In this document: positions 1-7,447 of the stretch, in pieces | Numbering within the stretch: position 1 is the first letter of the stretch | Layout of the letters: every line of letters starts with the position of its first letter | From: Armatimonadota bacterium | GTDB lineage: Bacteria > Armatimonadota > Zipacnadia > Zipacnadales > UBA5352 | Assembly (NCBI GenBank): GCA_034722055.1 | Contig: JAYENL010000103.1 | Location: forward strand, 17,147-39,853 | Direction: 5' to 3' | DNA: 22,707 nucleotides | The notes under the pieces: model-generated | The model's input: the letters and a program-made list of their open reading frames with translations, nothing else | Told to the model about the DNA's origin: nothing | The model's database searches: none | Position numbers and translations under genes: made by a program

Positions 1-76
1 TCACGGATGAGGTCAAGGGACGAACCAAGAGCCCCCAGAGTGTTCCGCAGGTCAACGCCCAGCCCGGACATCTGGT

Positions 77-105
77 ATCCTATCAGCAAAGCCCGGCCGC
101 GTCAA
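77..105 (-). promoter_or_regulatory. Candidate sigma70 promoter firing leftward out of the window
   Basis: Minus strand reads TTGACG (105-100), 17-nt spacer ending in TGA (extended -10 TGn), then TAGGAT (82-77). Near-consensus and AT-richer than its surroundings. Confidence 0.5.
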
Positions 106-199
106 ATCTGCTCGGTGATAGGTAAAGCGAGACGGGCCGCCGCCCCTCTCAGGAATCATTCGGACGCCGCGGCTGCCAACCGCCGCAGGAGGAGAACGC

Positions 200-1165
200 A
201 TGTCCGATCCTGGCCAGGCCTCACCAGAAACTGCGCCGTCCTCGCGGGCGGCAGAGAGAGCGCTCACCGTGGCGGCGGTCCAGAGCCGCCTGCAGCTCTG
301 GCCGCGAGCGGAGGACTTCCAGCGTCAGATGGCCGCGGACATCTCGCGGGCCATGCAGGCGGACCCGGACCTGATTGTCCTCCCCGAGGACGTCGGCACG
401 GGCCTGGCGGCACTGGGCGCGCCGCTGGCCACCCGGGCCCGGTCGCTGCGCGGGGCGATCGCAGCCGTCGCCGTCCGCCACGCTCTGGGCCTGCCCTACT
501 GGCTCGTGCGCGCCCGCGGCTCGCTGACACCGGCGGTGCTGCTGGCGGCCGCGCGGAGGGTCAGGGAGGCCTACGTGCAGACCTTCAGCGCCCTGGCGCG
601 TGAGCACCGCGTGCACATCGCCGCCGGCAGCGTCCTGCTGCCCTGTGAGAGTGGGGGAGAGGATAGCGTCTGCAACAGCGCCTTCCTGTTTGACGACCAG
701 GGTCGGATCGCGGGCCGCACGGACAAGGTCAACCTCATCCCGCTCGAGGAGAGGGGCGGGCTGCATCTCACCCCCGCTCACCACTCGCAGGTCCGCGTCT
801 GGCGCACGGAAATCGGCACCCTCGGCGCGCTGATCTGCCTCGACGCCTGGGACCGGGAGCTGGCTCGGGCGCTGGCCGACCAGGGGGCGCAGATGCTGGT
901 GGTTCCCTCGGCGAATGCGGAGGCCTTCGCGGCTGATGTCCTCACCCAGCGCAAGCAGGGCCTGTATGCGCGCGTGGCTGAGCTTGCCGTCCCGGGAGTG
1001 CAGGCCTACGCGGTGGGGAGTCTGGCCGGGCTGGGGTTCGAGGGCCGGAGCTGGATCCTGGAGCCCGATAGCACCGAGGCGGACGGCGTCCGCGTGGTGG
1101 CCGAGGCGGATACCGCCACCGACCCTGCCGTGGTGTGCGCGACGGTGAAGCTTCCCCGCCGGTAG
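200..1165 (+). CDS. Carbon-nitrogen hydrolase (nitrilase superfamily)
   Basis: 321 aa ORF after an AGGAGGA RBS. Catalytic triad motifs DLIVLPE(D), TDKVNLIPLEE and GALICLDAW (Glu-Lys-Cys), plus NSAFLFD and GAQMLVVPSA. Confidence 0.88.
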   Translation: MSDPGQASPETAPSSRAAERALTVAAVQSRLQLWPRAEDFQRQMAADISRAMQADPDLIVLPEDVGTGLAALGAPLATRARSLRGAIAAVAVRHALGLPYWLVRARGSLTPAVLLAAARRVREAYVQTFSALAREHRVHIAAGSVLLPCESGGEDSVCNSAFLFDDQGRIAGRTDKVNLIPLEERGGLHLTPAHHSQVRVWRTEIGTLGALICLDAWDRELARALADQGAQMLVVPSANAEAFAADVLTQRKQGLYARVAELAVPGVQAYAVGSLAGLGFEGRSWILEPDSTEADGVRVVAEADTATDPAVVCATVKLPRR

Positions 1166-1241
1166 TGCCCCTGCATCCGGGCACCGCCGACCTCGCGTGG
1201 GCGCCCTGCCAGCTTGCCGTCCTCTCCTGCTGGCGCCTGTG

Positions 1242-2645
1242 TCAGATGTACGCCTGATCGTGCGGCGGGCCGGTCTGCCCCGGGCCGAGGTCGCCGGCGG
1301 TCTCCTCGCGGTGCTCCGCCACGTAGCGCTCCAGCCAGTCCTGCATCTCCTCGGCGACCTCCGGATGCTCGTCGATGACGTTCACGAGCTCCTCGGGGTC
1401 CTCCTGCAGATCGTAGAGCTCCCGCCGCGCTGCACGGCCCTCCGGCACCTCCGTCCACGGCGCAACGTAGTTCCAGCGGCGGTTGCGCACTGAGGCGTGG
1501 AAGCCGAAGGCGCTGATGATCTGCTCACGCTGGCTGTCGCGGCCCTCCACGGCCAGCGGCCAGATGTCCTCCCCATTGCAGCGGTCCGGGATCTCCTCGC
1601 CCATGATGCTCAGCGCGGTGGGCATGATATCCTGGTGCTGCACGAAGCCGCCCACCCGCGCCCCGGCCGCCTCCCCGCCGGGGTGGCGGACGATCAGCGG
1701 CACCTGCGTCACCTGATTGCGCAGGCGATCCGCCGCCTTATGGATCTCCCCCTGCTCGCCCATCATGCACCCGTGGTCGGAGGTGAAGACGATGAGCGTC
1801 TCGTCCAGCAGCTCCTCCCGCGCCAGCGTGTCGAGCAGGTGCCCCACCCAGCGGTCGATCAGCGTGCACTCCCCGGCATAGCCGGCCCTGATGGTGCGCA
1901 GCTCCTCCTCGCTGAGCCCCTCCGTGCTCGCCGGAGGGAAGGCCGACTTGTAGGGGTCGAAGTCAGGATCGTACTTCCTCCCGTATTCCAGCGGCGGGTC
2001 CCACGGCTCGTGCGGGTCGAAGCAGTCGATCCACATGAAGAAGGGGTACTCGCCGCGGAAGCCGGTGATCCAGTCGGCCGCTCGAGTCATCACCCGCGCC
2101 GCGAAGCTGTCCGTCTCGTCCCGCCACCGCAGGCGGCCGTTGATGTGTTGTACCAGCCAGTGGCGGGGGTCGTTCGGCCCGCCCTTCCAGCTTGTGACCG
2201 TGGGCCATACGCGCTTCACGCGCTCCAGGTCCCGCCAGTTGTACCTGTCGTCCTCTACGCCGCGTATCCAGTACCAGTACTCCATCCCGCGGTGGAAGTT
2301 CTTCCCGGGCTTCATCATGTGGTAGACGTCGGTGATCATGCAGGTGGCGTAGCCCCGGTCCAGCAGCCACTCGGCCAGCGTGATGTCCTCGAAGTACAGG
2401 GGATGCCAGCCGGGGAGGGTGACCTTGTCGGTGTGCTGGGGGTGGTGCTCGAAGGGGATGATCCGGCGGCCGGTGACCATCACCCGGCGGGCGGGCAGCG
2501 TCGGCAGGCCCTCCCCGAAGGCCTGCTCGTAGAGTGCGGACTCGGCCGCCAGGGCGTCCAGGTTCGGCGTCTGGATCCACTCGTTGCCGTAGCAGCCGAG
2601 GTAGTCCCAGCGGAAGGTATCCGAACAGATCAGGATCAGGTTCAC
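1242..2645 (-). CDS. Sulfatase-family (alkaline phosphatase superfamily) hydrolase, Thr at nucleophile position
   Basis: 467 aa, GTG start with GAAGGAG RBS. Motifs NLILICSDTFRWDYLGCYG, TPNLDALA, PTLPARR..TGR, FDPHEPWDPP, IVFTSDHG, VPLIVRHPG, DIMPT and ELYDLQEDPEELVN. Confidence 0.88.
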   Translation of the reverse strand: MNLILICSDTFRWDYLGCYGNEWIQTPNLDALAAESALYEQAFGEGLPTLPARRVMVTGRRIIPFEHHPQHTDKVTLPGWHPLYFEDITLAEWLLDRGYATCMITDVYHMMKPGKNFHRGMEYWYWIRGVEDDRYNWRDLERVKRVWPTVTSWKGGPNDPRHWLVQHINGRLRWRDETDSFAARVMTRAADWITGFRGEYPFFMWIDCFDPHEPWDPPLEYGRKYDPDFDPYKSAFPPASTEGLSEEELRTIRAGYAGECTLIDRWVGHLLDTLAREELLDETLIVFTSDHGCMMGEQGEIHKAADRLRNQVTQVPLIVRHPGGEAAGARVGGFVQHQDIMPTALSIMGEEIPDRCNGEDIWPLAVEGRDSQREQIISAFGFHASVRNRRWNYVAPWTEVPEGRAARRELYDLQEDPEELVNVIDEHPEVAEEMQDWLERYVAEHREETAGDLGPGQTGPPHDQAYI

Positions 2646-2672
2646 GGCGACTGCTCCTTCGTTGCATCGCGC

Positions 2673-4922
2673 TCAGAACTCGTCGTCGGTCAGCAGGCCG
2701 GCCTCCACGGCGCAGCGGTAGAACCGCGCGATGGGCATGAAATGTGCCGCGAAGGCCTTCGGCCCCGGCCCTCTCGGCTTGATGACCGCGTCGCCGTCGG
2801 CGTACTTGGCCCCGGACCAGCCGGAGTAGTCGGCGGCCAGCGCCAACTCGAAGCTGGGCATCCCCGCCCTGAGGTACTTCTCGTCGCCGGTGAGCGTCCA
2901 GGCGTGGGCCAGGCCCTGCAGCGTCTGCGTTCCCGCGGTTCGGCGGCGGAGGCTGGGCAGCTCCTTGTAGTAGAAGCGACCGTCCGGCGTCAGGCAATGC
3001 TCGATGAGGTCGTCCATCGCGCACACCACCATCGTCTCCACCCGCTGCTCGGGCCGGACGCGATGGTAGCACATCAACCCGTTGGCGGCCACGGTGATCA
3101 TGAACGGCACCCGCACCAGCGTGTGGTCCGTGTACGGCGCCAGCCACGCCCCGTGCTCCGCCATCCACTGCTCGAAGTGATCGACGATGCTCTCCGCGGG
3201 CTGCAGCCACTTCTCGTCGTGCGTCTCCTCATACAGCGCCACCAGCGTGCGGAGGGCCCAGCCCGTCTCCCGCGCGGAGAAGGCGCCGGTCCCACGCCCC
3301 AGCATGCGCTCGACGTGGCGCAGAACGTTGCGTCCGACCCCCAGAGCCGTCTGCAGCGCGAAGGCATCGCCCGTCTGATGGTAGTAGTCCAGGATGCCCT
3401 CAACCCACTCGTGGGAGGGCGTCACTCCCCCGGTCGCGTGCCGCGCCGAGTGTGCGATCATCCCCTCATGGCGCATGGGGTCATCGCTGTCGTGGCAGAC
3501 ATCGACCTCCACCCAGTGCTCGGCCGAGACCAGGGCATAGTCCAGCATGCGGCGCTCGCCGGTCCGCGCGTACATGACCATCGCCGCGCGCGGGAGGTCG
3601 TACTCCAGGTTGCACCACACGAGCTCGCCTCTGCCGCGACCCTGGTCGGTATATCCCCGCTCCGGGGCGTCGCCCCAGTGCAGCATCCCGTAGCTGCGCG
3701 TGCGCCGGTCGGCCAAATCGATGAGCACGCGCTCCACCCGCCGCACCGGCTCATCCACGAACAGGTCCGGCAGCACGCCGGCCTCCCGGTAGACCTCCGG
3801 CGGCAGGACGGGTCGATCTGGCATCTGATACTGCAGCCCGCGGACGATCAGCTCCTCGGTGGGCGCGGTTCCGTCATGGAAGTGCAGCAGGAAGCGGTGG
3901 CCCTTCGCCATGCCGCGGATGAGGTTGAGACCCAGCGAGTCCGCGGGCACCAGCTCCACGGCCAGGCCGTCGCCGCCGGCGGTCAGGGCCTTCGGGAAGT
4001 TCTGGTAGGCCTGAAAGATGGTGGCCGACAGGCCGCCGCGGTCCGGGCGCCGCCAGTGGCTGGTGAAGGTCCCGTAGAGGACCTCCGGGATCTGCTCGTT
4101 GGAGGTATAGATGAGGTGGTCCGCGTCGATGAGCCGTCGCACGCTCTGATCGCCGCTGGCGCTCTCGGTCCTGGATCGGTAGTTGGACACGGTGACGCCC
4201 CCCTCAGTCCCGCTCGCATCGCCCTGCGGCCGGAAGGTCCAGCACATGGCCTCGACGGCGATGCTCTCCTGAGGCTCGGTGTTGATGACGCGGTAATGCA
4301 GCTCCACCCAGGGCTTCCCCGCCCAGGCGGTGACTCTGGCGATGAGGTCCAGGCGACGCTGTCCGTCCGCGCCGACGTGACTCCCGCGGCCCTCCACCAC
4401 AACGCGCACCGGCCCCGACTCCACCACGCGCCACCCCTCATCATCGATGGCCGCGCACAGCGTCTCGCCGTCGATCGTAATCTCGGGCCCGACCAGCTCC
4501 TCGGCGGTCGCAAACCTCGTGCCACGGAGCACAACCTGGCGCAGCAGGCCCGGCTGCTCGGGCTCCGCGAGGCGGAGGCTCAGCGGGCCGGTCTCAATGC
4601 CCACGCCATCACCGCCGTCCTGTACCGACGCAACGGGAGATGGGGGAGAGGGCTGCTCTCCGACGCGCAGCTCGACGTCCGCCGGGCGGTTTCCCGGAAG
4701 GTCCACGAGCATGTGCACCAGCAGCCACCTCACCGATCCGTCGGGCCAGGTCGCCGTCGGGCGGGCCTGCGTGGGGATCGGCTGCCCGTGAGCGACCACG
4801 GCGACGGGATGGTCGGCCGCCAGCGCTCCCTCGGCGAAGGGCACGGCCACGGTGGCGGGCTCGTGATCGCGGTCAAAGCGCGACAGCTTGGGGAAGTGCA
4901 GGGGAATCGTCACCAGAACCAC
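2673..4922 (-). CDS. PcRGLX/YetA-like protein (exo-rhamnogalacturonan lyase-like; beta domains plus alpha/alpha toroid), putative glycan lyase/hydrolase
   Basis: 749 aa with biased codon usage. N-terminal EPATVAVPF.EG.L...WPDGSVRWLL motif, central ESGPVRVVVE, then YGMLHWGD, WCNLEYD, YARTG, H..EVD..H, HEWVEG..DYY..TGD and RETGW repeats typical of this family. Start may instead be the in-frame GTG at 4913. Confidence 0.6.
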   Translation of the reverse strand: MVLVTIPLHFPKLSRFDRDHEPATVAVPFAEGALAADHPVAVVAHGQPIPTQARPTATWPDGSVRWLLVHMLVDLPGNRPADVELRVGEQPSPPSPVASVQDGGDGVGIETGPLSLRLAEPEQPGLLRQVVLRGTRFATAEELVGPEITIDGETLCAAIDDEGWRVVESGPVRVVVEGRGSHVGADGQRRLDLIARVTAWAGKPWVELHYRVINTEPQESIAVEAMCWTFRPQGDASGTEGGVTVSNYRSRTESASGDQSVRRLIDADHLIYTSNEQIPEVLYGTFTSHWRRPDRGGLSATIFQAYQNFPKALTAGGDGLAVELVPADSLGLNLIRGMAKGHRFLLHFHDGTAPTEELIVRGLQYQMPDRPVLPPEVYREAGVLPDLFVDEPVRRVERVLIDLADRRTRSYGMLHWGDAPERGYTDQGRGRGELVWCNLEYDLPRAAMVMYARTGERRMLDYALVSAEHWVEVDVCHDSDDPMRHEGMIAHSARHATGGVTPSHEWVEGILDYYHQTGDAFALQTALGVGRNVLRHVERMLGRGTGAFSARETGWALRTLVALYEETHDEKWLQPAESIVDHFEQWMAEHGAWLAPYTDHTLVRVPFMITVAANGLMCYHRVRPEQRVETMVVCAMDDLIEHCLTPDGRFYYKELPSLRRRTAGTQTLQGLAHAWTLTGDEKYLRAGMPSFELALAADYSGWSGAKYADGDAVIKPRGPGPKAFAAHFMPIARFYRCAVEAGLLTDDEF

Positions 4923-4925
4923 CTG

Positions 4926-4975
4926 CGGCGCGGGCCGAGGCTTCAGGAACTCCGGCCTCTATTCCGCCCGCGCCG
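4926..4975. other. Inverted repeat/hairpin between the DGC gene and the lyase-like gene
   Basis: CGGCGCGGGC (4926-4935) pairs with GCCCGCGCCG (4966-4975), with an inner GAGGC/GCCTC pair. No poly-U tail. Confidence 0.35.
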
Positions 4976-5039
4976 TGGGCTGACCTTCGCCCTGCTCACA
5001 TCCGTCGGCTACGACTGCATTCGGGTGCCGCTCCGCCGC

Positions 5040-5375
5040 TCAGGCCTCAAGCTGCTGCTCAACGGCTCCCTTGTCGCACTCCAGCTCTCCATCCTCCAGC
5101 GTAAGGTCCGGGCACTTCTCGATCCCCAGACTCGTGAGCTCGATCCACTCGTGCGCGATGCCGTGCCGCTCGAGCGTCTTCTTCGCGCACGCCACGGGGC
5201 AGCCGTCAATCACCACCACGCGCTCGGCCGCTCGCGTCCGCTCCACGAGCGCCTCCACGTCGCCGCCGAGGCCGGCCAGGCAGAACATCAGCCCCTTGCC
5301 ATCCACGGTCAGGGCCCGCGCCACCTCGTTTGCAATCTGCCCGACATTGGACCCTCCCGAGCACGGGAGGATCAT
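5040..5375 (-). CDS. DGC-domain putative zinc-binding protein
   Basis: 111 aa with the conserved Cys motifs PCSGGSNVGQIAN, FCLAGLGG and VVIDGCPVACAKKTL. No clear RBS before the ATG, so the start is uncertain. Confidence 0.8.
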   Translation of the reverse strand: MILPCSGGSNVGQIANEVARALTVDGKGLMFCLAGLGGDVEALVERTRAAERVVVIDGCPVACAKKTLERHGIAHEWIELTSLGIEKCPDLTLEDGELECDKGAVEQQLEA

Positions 5376-5600
5376 CGGGCGCGCCCACGCCCGACGCGGG
5401 CCGGAAGGCCCGCATTCGTTGGCCTGCCTTCACGGCTCCTGCCGAACAACAGTGGCGCTGCGCGCCACAAGCCGGCGAGGGCGCCGGCTTCCCAGGATCA
5501 AGAGGGTCGCTGGGGGCGGCTTCCCAGGATGGAATGCTGATCCTTCCCGCGGCGCGGGCGCAGTCCCCGCTGCCGTCGTCGTCCGGAGCGGCGGGGTCGT

Positions 5601-5663
5601 CAGCAAGCTACAAGCTGCAAGCCGCGGGCCTCAAGCTGACGACTAACGACTGATGACTAACGA
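5601..5663. repeat. Degenerate 7-nt tandem repeats (C..CAAG-type x5, CT(G/A)A(C/T)GA x4)
   Basis: cagcaag ctacaag ctgcaag ccgcggg cctcaag ctgacga ctaacga ctgatga ctaacga: nine consecutive 7-nt units in the intergenic region. Confidence 0.7.
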
Positions 5664-5802
5664 CCGTGTTACAACGCTCCGCCGGCTGTTTGCCCTCCAT
5701 TGTTGTTGACCACAGGAAGGCTTCAGGCGCCGCGCGCCTAATCCTAACTATGAGGCTGCAGGAAGGGGATAATTGCCCCCAACGAGGGGACGCGCTGATA
5801 TC

Positions 5803-7191
5803 GTGTCGGATGACGAGCGAGAACGCGGGCGGGAGATGCTCGTCCCGCTTAACGTGCGTACCTACCGGCTTGCCATCGCCAACGGGATCATGGCGATGGC
5901 GGCCTTTCGTGTTGCCGACCGCTCCACCGTGGTGCCCCTGCTGCTGCACAAGCTCTCCGGCGCCGCGTGGGTGGTGGGCCTGGTGCTGGGGCTGTGGAGA
6001 GTGGTGCGCACCCTGGTGCAGGTCCTGGCGGCCCGCAGTCTCGATGGCCGCGACTATAAGAAGCCGGCCTACATTCTCTCGGCGCTCGCGCGCGGCAGCA
6101 TGTACGTGCTCATCGCGCTGGTGCTGTGGTGGGGAGCGCAGCTTTCGAACACGCTGGTCCTCGTGGTGCTGATCTTCGGCCTCATGGGCCACTCGGGGGG
6201 CGGCGCGGTGGCGAGCCTGGCCTTCAACGACATCCTCGCCAAGTCCATCCCCACCACCAGGCGGGGAAGCCTGCAGATGTGGCGGCGGGTGGGGGCGCTG
6301 GCCATCGTGCTTCTGGGCGTCACGCCGCTGGTCGCCTACATGGTCGGCCCCGAGAGTCCCTTCGACTTCCCGCGCAACTTCGCGACCCTCTTCGCGGTCT
6401 CCGTGATGGGCAGCGCCATTGGCTGGACGCTCTTCGGGCAGGTCCGGGAGCCGGCGTCCCGCTCCTCCAGCCGCCAGCCCTCCTGGCTGCAGCACCTCGC
6501 CCGCGGCTGGGAGATCATCCACCAGGACCGCAGCTACCGGCGGCTGATCCGCATCCGCCTGCTCATGGGGCTGTCGTCGGCGGTGCGACCGTTCTTCATC
6601 GTCTTCGCCACCCAGGTGTGGGGGATGCCCGACGAGGTCGCCGCCACCTTCCTGGGACTGCAGGTGGGAGCGGAGATGGTGGGGGCCGCCGTCGTGGGCC
6701 AGGTCTCCGACCGCTTCGGGAATCGCAACGCGGTGCTGGTGGGCGTCAGCTCCCTGCTGGCGGGGATGGTGGCGGCGGTGGCCGCCGCCTTCGGGAGCTG
6801 GGACGTCTCGCTGTCGATCCTGTGGTGGACCGTCAACCTCCAGGTGGTGGTCCTCGGACTTGCCTTCGTGGGCTGCGGCCTCTTCCTCGCCAGCCTGATG
6901 ATCGGGTACATGAACTACCTCATGGATATCGCCCCCGAGTCCGAGCGCCCCTCCTACATGGGCTTCGGCGCCGGCTTCACCTTCCCCCTGGCCTTGGCCC
7001 CGTTGGTCTACGGGTGGGCCGCCGACGGTCTCGGCTACCGGGTGGTCTTCACGGCCGCGCTCGTGCTTGCGCTCGGAGCCTTCTTCTTCGGCCTCAAGCT
7101 CCCTGAGCCACGCGATGACCTCGATGACAGCGAGCTGGAGGCCTTCATCCGCCAGCCCGACATGCACGAGGAGCCGCCCGAGGGCGAGTGA
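5803..7191 (+). CDS. MFS transporter
   Basis: About 12 hydrophobic segments in two halves. MFS motif A-like GQVSDRFGNR, DILAKSIPTTRRGSL, and YLMDIAPESERPSYMG. The ORF track starts at TTG 5773; GTG 5803 or ATG 5836 are more plausible starts. Confidence 0.85.
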   Translation: MSDDERERGREMLVPLNVRTYRLAIANGIMAMAAFRVADRSTVVPLLLHKLSGAAWVVGLVLGLWRVVRTLVQVLAARSLDGRDYKKPAYILSALARGSMYVLIALVLWWGAQLSNTLVLVVLIFGLMGHSGGGAVASLAFNDILAKSIPTTRRGSLQMWRRVGALAIVLLGVTPLVAYMVGPESPFDFPRNFATLFAVSVMGSAIGWTLFGQVREPASRSSSRQPSWLQHLARGWEIIHQDRSYRRLIRIRLLMGLSSAVRPFFIVFATQVWGMPDEVAATFLGLQVGAEMVGAAVVGQVSDRFGNRNAVLVGVSSLLAGMVAAVAAAFGSWDVSLSILWWTVNLQVVVLGLAFVGCGLFLASLMIGYMNYLMDIAPESERPSYMGFGAGFTFPLALAPLVYGWAADGLGYRVVFTAALVLALGAFFFGLKLPEPRDDLDDSELEAFIRQPDMHEEPPEGE

Positions 7192-7253
7192 CACCGGCGA
7201 TGCGCTGAGTTCCCGAAGGTCGCCCGAGGCTGAGGCGGGCACCGCTCCAGGCG

Positions 7254-7388
7254 GTGCTGGACGTTCAACGCCGGGCGCGGTGGCCCTACCCCGGCATCAA
7301 CGCGGAGCGCGACGAGCTGTTCACCGACTGGTACTTTCCGACCCTCGACCGCATGGAGGCACAGTGGCGCGCCCAGCAGGCGGAGTAG
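7254..7388 (+). CDS. Possible 44-aa small protein or C-terminal gene remnant
   Basis: GTG...TAG ORF (VLDVQRRARWPYPGINAERDELFTDWYFPTLDRMEAQWRAQQAE) with strong G/C third-position bias and protein-like composition. No convincing RBS, and an in-frame TGA lies upstream at 7206. Confidence 0.3.
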   Translation: MLDVQRRARWPYPGINAERDELFTDWYFPTLDRMEAQWRAQQAE

Positions 7389-7447
7389 GGGAGAGCTGAA
7401 GGCCCCAGCCAACGAGGGCCAGCGACAGCGACGGCGGGCGCAGCGCC

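Noticed and set aside
2646..2675. Lyase-like and sulfatase genes are in frame, separated only by TGA plus 9 codons (possible readthrough fusion)
   Set aside because: The sulfatase has its own GAAGGAG RBS, and same-frame adjacency has a 1-in-3 chance.
1497..5540. 1347-aa plus-strand ORF
   Set aside because: It is the antisense shadow of three real minus-strand genes that share a frame. High GC3 suppresses stops in the mirror frame, and the sequence is Arg/Pro/Gly-rich with no domain motifs.
5485..5663. Repeats considered as a CRISPR array
   Set aside because: Only two 14-nt copies plus 7-nt tandem units. No spacer-sized unique sequences and no cas genes.
5608..7242. 544-aa minus-strand ORF, and similar long shadows (6126-7106, 8108-9373, 17343-19034, 19059-20108)
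   Set aside because: They overlap well-supported genes in antisense or alternative frames and show composition typical of high-GC artefacts.
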